Shown here: positions 9,641-20,262 of the stretch, piece after piece
How the letters are laid out: every line of letters starts with the position of its first letter
Numbering within the stretch: position 1 is the stretch's first letter
NCBI GenBank assembly: GCA_963716745.1
Contig: OY970320.1
Coordinates: forward strand, 2,464,001 to 2,528,000
Length of the DNA stretch: 64,000 nt
Source: an uncultured Gemmatimonadaceae bacterium
GTDB taxonomy: Bacteria > Gemmatimonadota > Gemmatimonadetes > Gemmatimonadales > Gemmatimonadaceae
Direction of reading: 5' to 3'
The notes under the pieces: generated by a model
Told to the model about the DNA's origin: nothing
Database searches by the model: none
The model's input: only the letters and a program-made list of their open reading frames with translations
Made by a program: the position numbers and the translations under genes

Positions 9641-11518
9641 TCAATCGCCGCCGCGAACCACCGAGATCGCGAGGTCCGCGCGCCCGAAGGGCGCCGAGAC
9701 CTGGATCCCCTGCACGGCGCCGCGCACGCGCGCCAGCATCTCGCGCGCGATCGCGACGCCCTCGGCGGCCGCGTGGTCCTTGGACTTCTCGTTGGCGCGC
9801 CGCATGCGCGACACGATCGCGTCGGGCACGACGACGCCGGGCACCTCATTCGCGAGGAACTCGGCGTTGCGCGCCGAGGTGAGCGGCCAGATGCCGGCGA
9901 TCACCGGGATCCGCACATGCTGCACCGACGCGAGGAAGCGCTCGAGCTGCGCCGGATCGAACACCGGCTGCGTGACGGCGAACTCGGCGCCCGCCTCCAC
10001 TTTGTACTCGAACCGTTTGCGCTCCTGCGCCGCGTCGAGCGCGGCGGGGTTCACGCCGACGCCGATCGCGAACCGGGTGGGCACGCCAATGTCGTGGCCG
10101 CCCGGGTCGAGCCCGCGGTTGAGCCGGCTCACGAGATTCGTGAGACCGATCGAATCGATGTCGAACACCGCGGTCGCGTCGGGATAGGGTCCCATCTTCG
10201 GCGGGTCGCCGGTGATGAGCAGCAGATTGCGCAGTCCCATCGCCGAGGCACCGAGCAGGTCGCTGAGCATGCCGAGCAGATTCCGGTCGCGGCAGCAGTA
10301 ATGCGTGATCGTCTCGATGCCGACACGCTGTTCGATGAGCAGCGCGGTCATGAGCGCGCCCATGCGGCTCTGCGCGCGCGGCCCGTCGGGCACGTTCACG
10401 GCGTGAACGCCCGCGGCTTTGAGCGCGGCGACGGCTTCGAGCATCTTCGTAGCGTCGACACCCCTTGGTGGGACGATCTCCACTGACGTCACGAACTCCG
10501 AGGCCGCGAGCCTCCTTGCCCAGCTCGAGCGCTCGGCGAATGGGACCGCCTCAGTACCTCTGGGTTCGGGACTCGGGACTCGGGACTCGATGGTGAGTGG
10601 GCGGTGGGCGCGAGTCCCGAGTCCCGAGTCCCGAGCCGTGAGCCCCTTAACGCCCGCCACCATCGCCGAAATGTGCTCGGGCGTAGTGCCACAGCACCCG
10701 CCGATGACCTTCGCTCCCGCATGGAGCAAATGACGCGCGAACGATGCCAGGTATTCCGGGGAGGCCATGTAGATCTGCCGCCCGCTCACGTCCCGCGGCA
10801 TGCCGGCGTTCGGCTGCGCGCTGAGTTTCTTCGTGGTGAGCGGCGCCATCTTCTCGATCGCTTCGAGCACCGTTTGCGGGCCCACGGAGCAATTGAGACC
10901 GATGATGTCGGCGCCCCACGCGTCGAGCGAACGCGCGATGTCCTCGGGCGACGCGCCGAACGCGGTTAGCCCGTCGACGCCGATCGTCATCTGCGCGATC
11001 ACCGGCATCGCCGGGTCCACGTCGCGCGCCGCGAGGATGGCCTGCTCCATTTCCGCGAGGTCGCTGATCGTCTCGATGATGAAGCAGTCGGCGCCGCCGG
11101 CGCGCAGCGCCTCCATCTGTTCGCGGAAATGCGCGCGCGCCTCGTCGCGGCTCGTGGGGCCGAACGGTTCGATGCGAATGCCCAGCGGCCCCACGGCGCC
11201 GGCCACGAGCGCGCGGTCGCCCGCGGCCTCGCGCGCGATCTCGGCGGCGCGACGGTTGAACTCCACCACGTGCGCCTCAAGTCCGTGCTGGGCCAGCTTC
11301 ACGCGGTTCGCGCCGAAGCTGTTCGTCTCGAGCACCTGCGCGCCGGCGCGGACGTATGCGTGGTGCACTTCGCGCACGAGCTCCGGCGCACGCACGTTCA
11401 GCTCATCGTAGCACTGATTGATGTACACGCCCTTCGCGTACAGCATCGTGCCCATCGCGCCATCGAACACGATGGTGCGCGCAGGGTCGAGCAGCGCCTG
11501 CCGGTCGCGCGCCGTCAT
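9641..11518 (-). CDS. yitJ: Bifunctional homocysteine S-methyltransferase / methylenetetrahydrofolate reductase (YitJ-like)
   Basis: DGAMGT, GLNCS and GGCCGTTPEH in the N-domain; VEIVPPRG, CCRDRN, ITGDPP and TQPVFD in the MTHFR domain. Confidence 0.93.
   Translation of the reverse strand: MTARDRQALLDPARTIVFDGAMGTMLYAKGVYINQCYDELNVRAPELVREVHHAYVRAGAQVLETNSFGANRVKLAQHGLEAHVVEFNRRAAEIAREAAGDRALVAGAVGPLGIRIEPFGPTSRDEARAHFREQMEALRAGGADCFIIETISDLAEMEQAILAARDVDPAMPVIAQMTIGVDGLTAFGASPEDIARSLDAWGADIIGLNCSVGPQTVLEAIEKMAPLTTKKLSAQPNAGMPRDVSGRQIYMASPEYLASFARHLLHAGAKVIGGCCGTTPEHISAMVAGVKGLTARDSGLGTRAHRPLTIESRVPSPEPRGTEAVPFAERSSWARRLAASEFVTSVEIVPPRGVDATKMLEAVAALKAAGVHAVNVPDGPRAQSRMGALMTALLIEQRVGIETITHYCCRDRNLLGMLSDLLGASAMGLRNLLLITGDPPKMGPYPDATAVFDIDSIGLTNLVSRLNRGLDPGGHDIGVPTRFAIGVGVNPAALDAAQERKRFEYKVEAGAEFAVTQPVFDPAQLERFLASVQHVRIPVIAGIWPLTSARNAEFLANEVPGVVVPDAIVSRMRRANEKSKDHAAAEGVAIAREMLARVRGAVQGIQVSAPFGRADLAISVVRGGD
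10566..10634. repeat. Intragenic heptamer palindrome (GGGACTC units) in the yitJ linker
   Basis: Perfect 24-bp inverted arms 10566-10589 and 10611-10634 with a 21-nt spacer. Confidence 0.9.
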
Positions 11519-14500
11519 GCGCCGCCCTCGCCGCGCACCGCGTAGTACTTCGCCGCGGGATGATGCACGATCAGCGCCGCCGTACTCTGCTCGGGGAGCA
11601 GCTGGTTCGCACTCGTGAGCGACATGCCGAGCGCGTCGCCGGCGGGGAGCAAACGGAACATGGCCTCATGCCCGTCGAGGTCGGGGCAGGCGGGATAGCC
11701 CCATGAATATCGCTTCCCTTGCTGCGGCGTGATCCCGAGTTCGCGGCGGATGCGCTCGTGCATCCACTGCGCCGTCGCCTCCGCGGCTTCCACGGCGAGA
11801 CCGTGAGAATAGAACGCCTCGGCATACTCGCCACGCGTCTGGAGCTGCTCGAAGCAATGCGACGCCGCATCGCCCACCGTCACGATCTGCAGTCCGAGCA
11901 CGTCGGTCTCCTCCGATTCCACCGAGCGAAAGTAGTCGGCCAGACAGAGCCGCTCGCGCGACGCCTGCCGCGGGAAGGTGAATCGCGCGATCTCGCGCCG
12001 CGACCCGCCGTCGGCGGCGAACGCCGCGGGATCGTACACGATCACATCGTTGCCGCTGGATTGCACGGGGAAGTAACCATACACTGTGCGCGGCACGATC
12101 CACTGCTCGTTCGCCGCGGACGCCGAGAGTCGCGCGAGCGCCGGGGTGAACTCCTCGCGCACGGCGCGCACATATTCGTCGCCCGATCCGCGGCCGCCCC
12201 ACTGCAGCCGGAAGAGTTCATCGAGGTCGAGCAGCGCGAGCACTTCGCCGAGCGGGATGTCGCGCACCACGCGCACGCCGAAGAAGGGCGGTGCGGGCAC
12301 TGGCACGTCGGCGGCCACGGCGCTGCGCGTCGTGCTCGTGCTCCCCGTGGCGGCGTCCTTGCCGGTGGCCGAGTGCAGGAACACGTCGTCGCGTGCGGCG
12401 CGCAAGTTGTCGCTCACCGCTCCCGCGCGGCGCGACGGATCCACGAGGCGTTCCATAGTATCGAGCCCCTCGAACGCATCCTTGCAGTAGAAGACGCCCG
12501 GCGCGTACGCGCGCTCGCCGTCCACGAAGAGCGCGCGGCGGCCGAAGCGGCGGTTGATCGCCGCGCCGCCGATCAGCACGGGCGCGCCGATCCCGCGGCG
12601 GTCGAGCTCCTGCACGCAGAGCGGCATCTGCTTGGAGGTACTCACGAGCAGCGCCGAGAGGCCCACGGCATCCGCCTTGTGCTCGACGGCCGCGTCCACG
12701 ATGCGATTCACCGGCACTTGCTTGCCGAGATCGACCACCGTGTAGCCGTTGTTCGAGAGGATCGTGTTCACGAGCGATTTCCCAATGTCGTGCACGTCGC
12801 CGTATACCGTCGCGAGTACGATCGTGCCTTTGGTGTAGCCTTCCTTGCGCTCGAGGAATTGTTCGAGATGCTTCACGGCGCGCTTCATCACCTCGGCGCT
12901 CTGCAGCACGAAGGGCAGGATGAGCTCGCCCGCGCCGAACTTGTCGCCCACCTCTTTCATGGCCGGCAGGAGCACCTCGTTGAGCACGCGCACCGGATCG
13001 GCGCGCACGCCCGCCGCGTCGAGCGCCTCCTCGATCCCTTCTTTCCGACGGTGCACGACCATCCAGTGCACGATCGCATCGGCGCTCAGTCCCGCGAGCG
13101 GATCGGCGGCTGTCGTGCCGATGCCCGATGCACGATGCCCGATGCTCTCATACTTCTGGATGAATCGCGCGAGCGCATTCGGCCGCTTCGGTTGAACACG
13201 AGATCATCGGCGAGCGCGCGCTCCTCATCGTCGAGCTCCGCGTACGGTCGCACGTGCGCCGGGTTCACGATCGCCATGTCGAGTCCGGCCTGCACGCAGT
13301 GATGCAGGAACACCGAGTTGAGCACCGCGCGCGCGTCGGGGGTGAGCCCGAAGCTCACGTTGCTCACGCCGAGCGATGTGAACACGCCGGGGATCTCGCG
13401 CTTGATGAGGCGGATGCCCTCGATCGTCTCCACCGCGCTCGCGATCCATTCGGCCTCGCCGGTGGCGAGCGTGAAGGTGAGCGCGTCGAAGATCAGGTCT
13501 TCGGGCGCGAGACCGAACTCTCCCGTGGCGAGATCGTGGATGCGGCGCGCGATCTCGAGCTTCCGTTCGCGCGTCTTGGCCATGCCGGTCTCGTCGATCG
13601 TGAGCGCCACGACCGCGGCGCCGAAGCGCTTCACGACGGGCAGCAGTGCATCGATCTTGGCGCGCCCCGCCTCGAGGTTCACGGAGTTCACCACCGCGCG
13701 CCCCGGCACGTGCTCGAGCGCGCGCGCGATCACGTCGGGCTCCGTGGAATCGATCATGAGCGGCGCTTCCACCGTCATCGAGAGCAGCTTGACGACGCGC
13801 GACATCTGGTCCGCCTCGTCGGCGCGCTCGGTGAGCGCGACGCACACGTCGAGCACGTGCGCCCCCGCCTCCACCTGCTCCCGCGCAACGCGCGCGATGC
13901 CCTCATAGTCATCCGCGAGCAGCATCCGCTTCACGGCGCGAGAACCTTGGGCGTTGACGCGTTCGCCGATCGAGCAGCGGCGGCGGATCCTGGTGCAAGG
14001 TGATCGCGCGCATGGCGCTCGAAATGCGCGGGACGCGGGACTCGGGACTCGCCGCGGGACGCGTTTCCCGAGTCCCGCGGCGAGTCCCGAGTCCCGAGTC
14101 CCGAACATGACGTACCACGTGCTCCAGATGCTCCGGCGTGGTGCCACAGCACCCGCCGACGATCGCCACTCCGAAATCCCGCACGAACTCAGAGAGCGCG
14201 ATGGCCAGCGGTTCAGGCTCCAGCGGGTAGACCGCATCCCCCGTCCCCGTATTCAGCGGCAGTCCCGCATTCGGGATGCAGCTCACCGGCAGCCGCGCGT
14301 GCTCGGCGAGCCATCGGATCGGTTCACGCATGTGCTCGGGGCCGGTCGAACAGTTCAGGCCGATCACATCCACGCCCAACGCTTCGAGCGTCGTCATCGC
14401 GCTCGCGATGTCCGTGCCGAGCAGCATGCGGCCGCTCGTGTCGAGCGTGACCTGCGCCTGGAGCGCCACGCGCTGTCCGGTCTCCGCGAACAGCCGCTCG

Positions 14501-15051
14501 ATGCCCGCGATCGCGGCCTTCACCTCGAGGATGTCCTGCGCCGTCTCGATGAGCAGCACATCCACCCCGCCTTCCACGAGCGCCGCCGCCTGGGCGTGGA
14601 ACTCCTCGCTCAACTCTCCGAACGAGATCGCCGACAGCGTGGGGTCGGCGCTCGATGGGAGCATCCCGGTGGGGCCCATCGAGCCCGCGACGAATCGCGG
14701 GCGTCCATCGCGCGCCGCCGCATCGCATGCCGCGCGCGCCAAGCGCGCCGCTTCCACATTGATGTCGTGCGCGCGCGCGCCGAGTCCCCATTCGGCGAGC
14801 CGGCGCGGCGTGCTCTGGAAGGTGCACGTCTCCACGACATCGCAGCCGACGGCGAGGAACGCGTCGTGGATGCCGCGAATGACATCGGGGCGCGTGAGCA
14901 CGAGGTTGTCGTTGCAGCCCGCGAGCGCGTCGCCGCCGAAATCCCTCGCGCTGAGCTGCGCGCGCTGGATGTTCGTTCCCATCGCGCCGTCGTAGACGAG
15001 CGTGCCGCGCGCGAGCGCGTCGAGGTACGGTGAAGGGAATCGGCGAGCCAT
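11515..15051 (-). CDS. metH: Cobalamin-dependent methionine synthase; frameshifts near 13970 and 13185
   Basis: Hcy domain (GLNCSTGP, GGCCGTTP), pterin domain (IGERVN, GVSNVSFG), B12 motif GDVHDIGK and activation domain RYSWGYPACP, spread over three frames. Confidence 0.93.
13118..13145. repeat. Intragenic CCGATGC x4 tandem run in metH
   Basis: ccgatgc-ccgatgc-acgatgc-ccgatgc, encoding SIGHRASGIG. Confidence 0.85.
14029..14103. repeat. Intragenic heptamer palindrome (GGGACTC units) in the metH linker
   Basis: 32-bp arms 14029-14060 and 14072-14103 with one mismatch. Confidence 0.9.
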
Positions 15052-15071
15052 CGCGAATGCTGCTCCCTCAC

Positions 15072-15105
15072 AAGAAAAAATGCCCGGTGCGCACAGGCAC
15101 CCGGC
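15072..15105 (-). terminator. Intrinsic terminator in the metH leader (riboswitch expression platform)
   Basis: Minus strand GCCGGGTGC-CTGTGC-GCACCGGGC followed by ATTTTTTCTT, upstream of the GAGGGAG RBS. Confidence 0.7.
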
Positions 15106-15107
15106 CG

Positions 15108-15160
15108 GCGCTTTAGCTGAATATTTAACGTGGCCGCAAGTTGCCTGAAATCGCCACGGA
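15108..15160 (-). ncRNA. SAM-II (SAM_alpha-like) riboswitch aptamer
   Basis: Minus strand CCGTGGCGATTT-CAGGCAAC-TTGCGGCCACG-TTAAATATTCA-GCTAAAG matches the recalled SAM-II pattern GUGG.GAUUU...UUGC.GCCACG.UAAA...GCUAAA. It lies directly upstream of metH. Confidence 0.85.
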
Positions 15161-15184
15161 ACCGTTGTGCCTCTATGACGAATG

Positions 15185-15607
15185 CTATACCGCGGGCGGC
15201 ACCTCCGGTAGGTCCGCCGACGGACGTTGCACGATCTCGCGTCCGGTGACGCGGGCGCGGTCGGCGAGCCGGAAGATCAGCGCCTGCAGCCGGTTCCGCT
15301 CGAGCGGCAGCGTGAGATCGGCGAGCACATAGCGATGCATGGCCGCCGGCAGCGAACTCGGTGCGTCTTCCTCGGCGTGGCAGAGGAGCACCGCGCCGCC
15401 GCTCGCGAGCGGGATGCGCAGCGCATCCGGATCCGATTCGGCACTCTTTCGTTCCACCACGACCACCAGCGGGCGGTCGGCGAGCGCGATCTCCACCCCT
15501 TGAGCGGCGGTGTGCGCGTGGTGAGTGATGTGTCCCGCGTTGATGAGTGATTGCGCGAGTCCTTCGAGCATCGCGCCGTTCGACCCGATCAGCAGGATTG
15601 TCGCCAT
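15185..15607 (-). CDS. Stand-alone receiver-like protein (atypical)
   Basis: ILLIG...LAQSL..AGH...A.TAAQG.E.A...RP.VVVVE follows the REC fold pattern but lacks the phospho-Asp. Confidence 0.55.
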   Translation of the reverse strand: MATILLIGSNGAMLEGLAQSLINAGHITHHAHTAAQGVEIALADRPLVVVVERKSAESDPDALRIPLASGGAVLLCHAEEDAPSSLPAAMHRYVLADLTLPLERNRLQALIFRLADRARVTGREIVQRPSADLPEVPPAV

Positions 15608-15627
15608 GTCGCTCCGTTAAGCTCCGG

Positions 15628-16215
15628 TTACCACGCCCACACCAACACGCCTTCCGCACCCCAGAGGATCAGCAACGCGACGAGCGGACTGATGTCGATC
15701 ATCCCGACCGGCGGCAGCACGCGGCGCAGCGGCCGCAGCATCCACTCCGTGAGCCACGTGCACCAGCGCAGCCACCACACGTACGGCGAGAGCCGCAGCC
15801 ACGAAGCGATCACGCGCACGACGAGCGCCAAACGGAGGATGCCGAGCGTCCACGCGACGAGCAGATAATAAAGCCCGCGCGCCGAATGGGAAGCGGCCAT
15901 CGCTTCCGCGACGATGTCGCGTGCGGCCTTCAGCAGCAGAATGATGAGAATGCCACCGGCGACGGCGGCGACCAGCGCCCACCAGGGCGCTGCGGCGGGC
16001 ATCCCGCCGGCGCGCACCACGCGCCGTTCGACGGGCTCGAGCAGGGGATCCACGGCGCGGCGGAAGAATCGCGCGGTCGCGCCGAAGGGGCTGATCCGCC
16101 GCGTGCGCACCAGCCAGTCCACGGCGAAGATGACGAAGAGCACTGCCGCCAGCGCGACCAGCGCGCGGCCGACCATCAGGATCAGGAGATCGATTACCTG
16201 GATCGGATCGGTCAC
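15628..16215 (-). CDS. yggT: YggT-family membrane protein
   Basis: Two YGGT-like repeats; LTEWMLRPLRRVLPPVGMIDISP. Confidence 0.85.
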   Translation of the reverse strand: MTDPIQVIDLLILMVGRALVALAAVLFVIFAVDWLVRTRRISPFGATARFFRRAVDPLLEPVERRVVRAGGMPAAAPWWALVAAVAGGILIILLLKAARDIVAEAMAASHSARGLYYLLVAWTLGILRLALVVRVIASWLRLSPYVWWLRWCTWLTEWMLRPLRRVLPPVGMIDISPLVALLILWGAEGVLVWAW

Positions 16216-16261
16216 GGCTGTTAAGGTGACCGACTACGCTCCGGCGGGCAAGGTCTGACGA

Positions 16262-16300
16262 CAGACTTAGACGTTAGACTTAGACTTAGAAAACAACTGC
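16262..16300. repeat. TTAGAC-unit repeat, copy 1
   Basis: cagacttagacgttagacttagacttagaaaacaactgc; 35 of 40 aligned positions match 61153-61192. Confidence 0.8.
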
Positions 16301-16346
16301 TCTCGCGGGCGCCGTGCTATACGCCAGACGCGCCTCTGCTTTTTCG

Positions 16347-17936
16347 TTAGATCGGCCGCTCGTGTACGAACAGCATCTTCACCGAGCGCCATATTCCGCT
16401 CACGTGCTGCGCGATGGTGCGGCCGTGCCAGAACCGGAGGAAGGCGTCGAGGTTCCCGGCGTGCCCGGCGCTATAGCCGAACCACCAGGGCTGCCGCCAG
16501 CCGGCGAAGCGGTCGACGATCACGCTCTTCGGACGCGTGCATTCGAGCAGTCCTTCGTCGCCGTGCGAGCTGCCGTACCCGCTCTCCTTCACGCCGCCAT
16601 GCGGCACCTCGGCGATCCCGGCGGCCACGACGCTGTCGTTCACCACCACCGTGCCCGCTTCGAGGCGTCGCGCCACACTCCGCGCGCGATCGAGATCGCG
16701 CCCCCACACGCTCGCCGACAATCCGTAGAGGCTCGCGTTCGCGAGGCGCACCGCCTCATTGGCGTCGCGCACGCGCACCACCGGCAGCAGTGGGCCGAAC
16801 GTCTCCTCCTGCAGCACCTGCATGGACGCGGCGACGTTCACGAGCACCGTTGGCGCCACGAAGTCGTCACCCGGCGACGATGCGCCCTGCGCCGCGACCG
16901 TCGCGCCGCGCGCGAGCGCATCCTCCAGTTGCCGCGTGAGGGCAGCGGCCTGCGACGGGCGGATGAGCGGCCCCATGTCCGTGTCCGTTGACGTACCCGC
17001 CCCCACCCGCAACTCACGCACGCGCGCGGCGAGCCGCTCGACGAACGCGTCATGCACCGCGCTCTCGACGAAGATCCGCTTGGGCGCCGTGCAGGTCTGT
17101 CCGGCGTTGCTGAACCGCCCCCACACGATCCCGCTCGCGGCCACATCGAGATCCGCATCGGCGAGCACGATGGCGGGATCGCTCCCGCCCAACTCCAAGG
17201 CGCACGGGATGAGGCGCGCGGCGCATGCTTGCGCCACCTTGCGCCCGGTAGTTCCGCTGCCGATGAAGAACACCTTGTCCACGCCGGCCTCGATCACCTC
17301 GGCGCCGGTGCTGCCGTCGCCGGTGAGCACCTGCACCAATCCCGGCGCGATGCCCGACGCGGCGAGCAACTCGCCGAGCAACACGCCGGTGGCCGGCGAG
17401 AACTCCGACGGCTTGAACAACACGCCGTTCCCCGCCACGATCGCCGGCAGCAGCACGCCGGCCGCGAGCATGAACGGGTAATTCCACGGCGCGATGAGTC
17501 CCACGACGCCAAAGGGCTCGTGCCGAATGGTGACCCGCTTCCGCCACATCGCGATGTTGCCGGGCGTGAGCGTGCGCGGCGCGAGCACGCGGGTCGCGCG
17601 TCGCGCGAAGAAGCGCGCGAGATCGAGCGTGACCATGATCTCGGTGGCCATCGCTTCCGCCGCGGGCTTGCCGTTCTCGCGCATGATCGCGCTCGCCACT
17701 TCCTGGCGGCGCGCGAAGAGGATGCGCCGGAAGCGCTTGGCGGCGAGCGCGCGATAGCGCAGCGGCTCGGCGGCCCAGATGCGCTGCGCTGCCCGCGCCG
17801 CGTCCATCGCCGCGCGCGCATCCGCGGCGGTGGCGGTGGGAAAGCTGCGCCACACCTCGCCCGTCGCCGGATCGCGCGACTCGGCTTTGCGCGCCGCCGC
17901 GGCGGCGCTCACAGGCGGGGTGAGCGTGGCGCTCAC
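16347..17936 (-). CDS. Aldehyde dehydrogenase
   Basis: PWNYP, KPSE, LELGG, catalytic Cys in NAGQTC, EETFGP and GGVKESG motifs. Confidence 0.93.
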   Translation of the reverse strand: MSATLTPPVSAAAAARKAESRDPATGEVWRSFPTATAADARAAMDAARAAQRIWAAEPLRYRALAAKRFRRILFARRQEVASAIMRENGKPAAEAMATEIMVTLDLARFFARRATRVLAPRTLTPGNIAMWRKRVTIRHEPFGVVGLIAPWNYPFMLAAGVLLPAIVAGNGVLFKPSEFSPATGVLLGELLAASGIAPGLVQVLTGDGSTGAEVIEAGVDKVFFIGSGTTGRKVAQACAARLIPCALELGGSDPAIVLADADLDVAASGIVWGRFSNAGQTCTAPKRIFVESAVHDAFVERLAARVRELRVGAGTSTDTDMGPLIRPSQAAALTRQLEDALARGATVAAQGASSPGDDFVAPTVLVNVAASMQVLQEETFGPLLPVVRVRDANEAVRLANASLYGLSASVWGRDLDRARSVARRLEAGTVVVNDSVVAAGIAEVPHGGVKESGYGSSHGDEGLLECTRPKSVIVDRFAGWRQPWWFGYSAGHAGNLDAFLRFWHGRTIAQHVSGIWRSVKMLFVHERPI

Positions 17937-20084
17937 GGCGTGGTGGGTTTCATCCCGAGATTGGCCACGGCGAACGCAAGCTCGTCGGCGGTCACGTCGA
18001 GCACCTTGTCGAGCGGCTTGCCGCCGCCGTGCCCCGCCTTCGTCTCCACGCGGATCAGGATCGGCGCGGGCCCCGCCTGCGCGGCCTGCAACGTGGCTGC
18101 GAACTTGAACGAGTGGCCCGGCACCACGCGGTCATCGTGATCGCCGGTGGTGACGAGCGTCGCGGGATACTTCGTGCCCGGGCGGATGTTCTGCAGCGGC
18201 GAGTACTTGATGAGGTACTCGAACTGCGCGGGATCATCCGACGATCCGTATTCGACCTTCCACCCCCATCCCGCCGTGAACTTCTGGTAGCGCAGCATGT
18301 CCATCACGCCGACGGCCGGCAGCGCGACGCCGAAGAGGTCCGGTCGCTGCGTCATCACCGCGCCCACGAGCAGGCCGCCGTTCGAGCCGCCCTGGATCGC
18401 GAGCTTCGCCGGCTCGGTGTACTTCTGGTCGATCAGATACTGCGCCGCGCCAATGAAATCGTCGAACACGTTCTGTTTCTTCTCGAACATCGCGGCCTGG
18501 TGCCACGTCTCACCGAACTCGCTCCCGCCGCGGATATTCGCGACGGCGTAGATGCCGCCGAGTTCGAGCCACATGATGCGGTTGGCTGAGAACGTGGGCA
18601 GCGACGGGAGGTTGAAGCCGCCGTAACCGTAGAGCAGGGTGGGATTCTGCCCGTTGAGCAAGAGGCCTTTGCGCGCGGTGATGAACATCGGCACGCGCGT
18701 GCCGTCCTTGCTCTTGTAGAACACCTGGCGCGTCTCGTACTTGCTCGGATCGAAGGTGAGCTTCGGCTCGAAGAACACCGACGACGTCTTCTTCTCGAGA
18801 TCGTAGCGGAACACCGTGGGCGGCTGCAGGAAGGACGTGAAGCTGTAGAGGAGCTCCGGCTCGTCGGGCTGCCCTGACAGCGCGCCGATGGTTCCGATCC
18901 CGGGCAGCGCGAGTTCGGCCACCGAGCGGCCGTTCGCATTGAAGAGGCGGAGCACCGAGTGCGCGTTGTGCAGGTAGTCCACCACGAGGTGGCCGCCGAT
19001 CAGCTCGACATCCTGGATCTTGTCCTCACTCTCGGGCACGAGCACGCGCGGCGCGAGACGGCGCCCCTGGTCCACATCGGCGAGCACGATCCGGCCGCGT
19101 GGTGCGTTGAGGTCGGTCTCGACGAAGAAGAAATCGCCGGCGTTGTCGATGAAACGGTACCGCGCATCGAACTTGTCGATGATCTTCACGATCGGATTGT
19201 GGATGTTCGGACTGCCCGGATCATCCAGATCCATGAAGTAGAGCCGGTTCTTCGGACTCGTCCCTTCGGTGATCGTCATGATCAGGAACTGCCCGATCAT
19301 CGTTCACCTCGCCGCGCACGTACCACTCCGGCTGATCGGGGCGCTCCCAGATCTTCACGTCCTTCGATTGCGGATCGCCCAGTTTGTGGTAGTAGAGTTT
19401 CTGTCCCTTGCTCGTCGCGAGCAGGGCGCTGTCGGCGTTCGGCTCGGCGTATCGTGAGTAGAAGAAGCCGCGGTTGTCCTTGGTCCACGAGATGCCGCTG
19501 AACTTCGCCCAGCGTACCGTGTCCTTGAGATCCTTGCCCGACTCGACGTCGCGCACGCGGATCTCTTGCCAGTCGGAGCCGCTCACGTTCACGGCGTAGC
19601 CGAGGTAGCGGGCGTCGCGGCTGGGCGCCCAGGCGCTGAGGGCCACCGTGCCGTCGGATGAGAGCATGTTGGGATCGAGGATGATCTTCTTCTCGCCATT
19701 CGACACGCGCTGCGCGTAGATCACGGATTGGTTCTGCAGGCCCGTGTTGTACGCGTAGAAGTAGGTCTTCAGCCGGCGGATGGGCACGTACGCGCGCGCA
19801 TAGTTCCAGAGCGTATCGAGACGCTGGCGGATCGCTGTACGTTCGGGGATCCCGGCGAGATACGAGAAGGTGAGCGCGTTCTCGGCGACGATCCAATCGC
19901 GCGTCTCGGGATCGTTCGTGTTCTCGAGCCACCGGTAGGGATCGGCGACCTGGGTGCCGAAGTAATCATCGACCTGCCCACTCTTGCGTGTCTCGGGATA
20001 CTTGAGCGGAGCCTGCGCGGGGAGCGCGAGCGTGGCCGCGGCGAGGACGAGCAGGGAGGGGCGGGTAAGCGTTGCGAGTCGCAT
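17933..20084 (-). CDS. Prolyl oligopeptidase (S9A), exported; frameshift near 19294
   Basis: VADPYRWLE, GSDW, YGYGGFN, GGSNGG (Ser), DHDDRV (Asp) and KAGHG (His) motifs in two frames. Confidence 0.92.
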
Positions 20085-20262
20085 AGTCACGGTGCGAAAG
20101 GGTCCGATCAGGGAGCGGGGAAGCTCCCCGTGCAGAATCTACACCGCAAAATCCAGAACGGCGTGCGTGGAACCCCGAACTCCGTCATTGGTCCCCTTCC
20201 GGTTTCGCCCATCGCGCGCGAGAATCTGCCACGATCTTGACCCTCACCGCCTGGTGCCCGAT

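Noticed and set aside
11515..15051. Naturally split or programmed-frameshift metH
   Set aside because: The breaks have no new RBS/start or slippery site and resemble the many other indels in the window.
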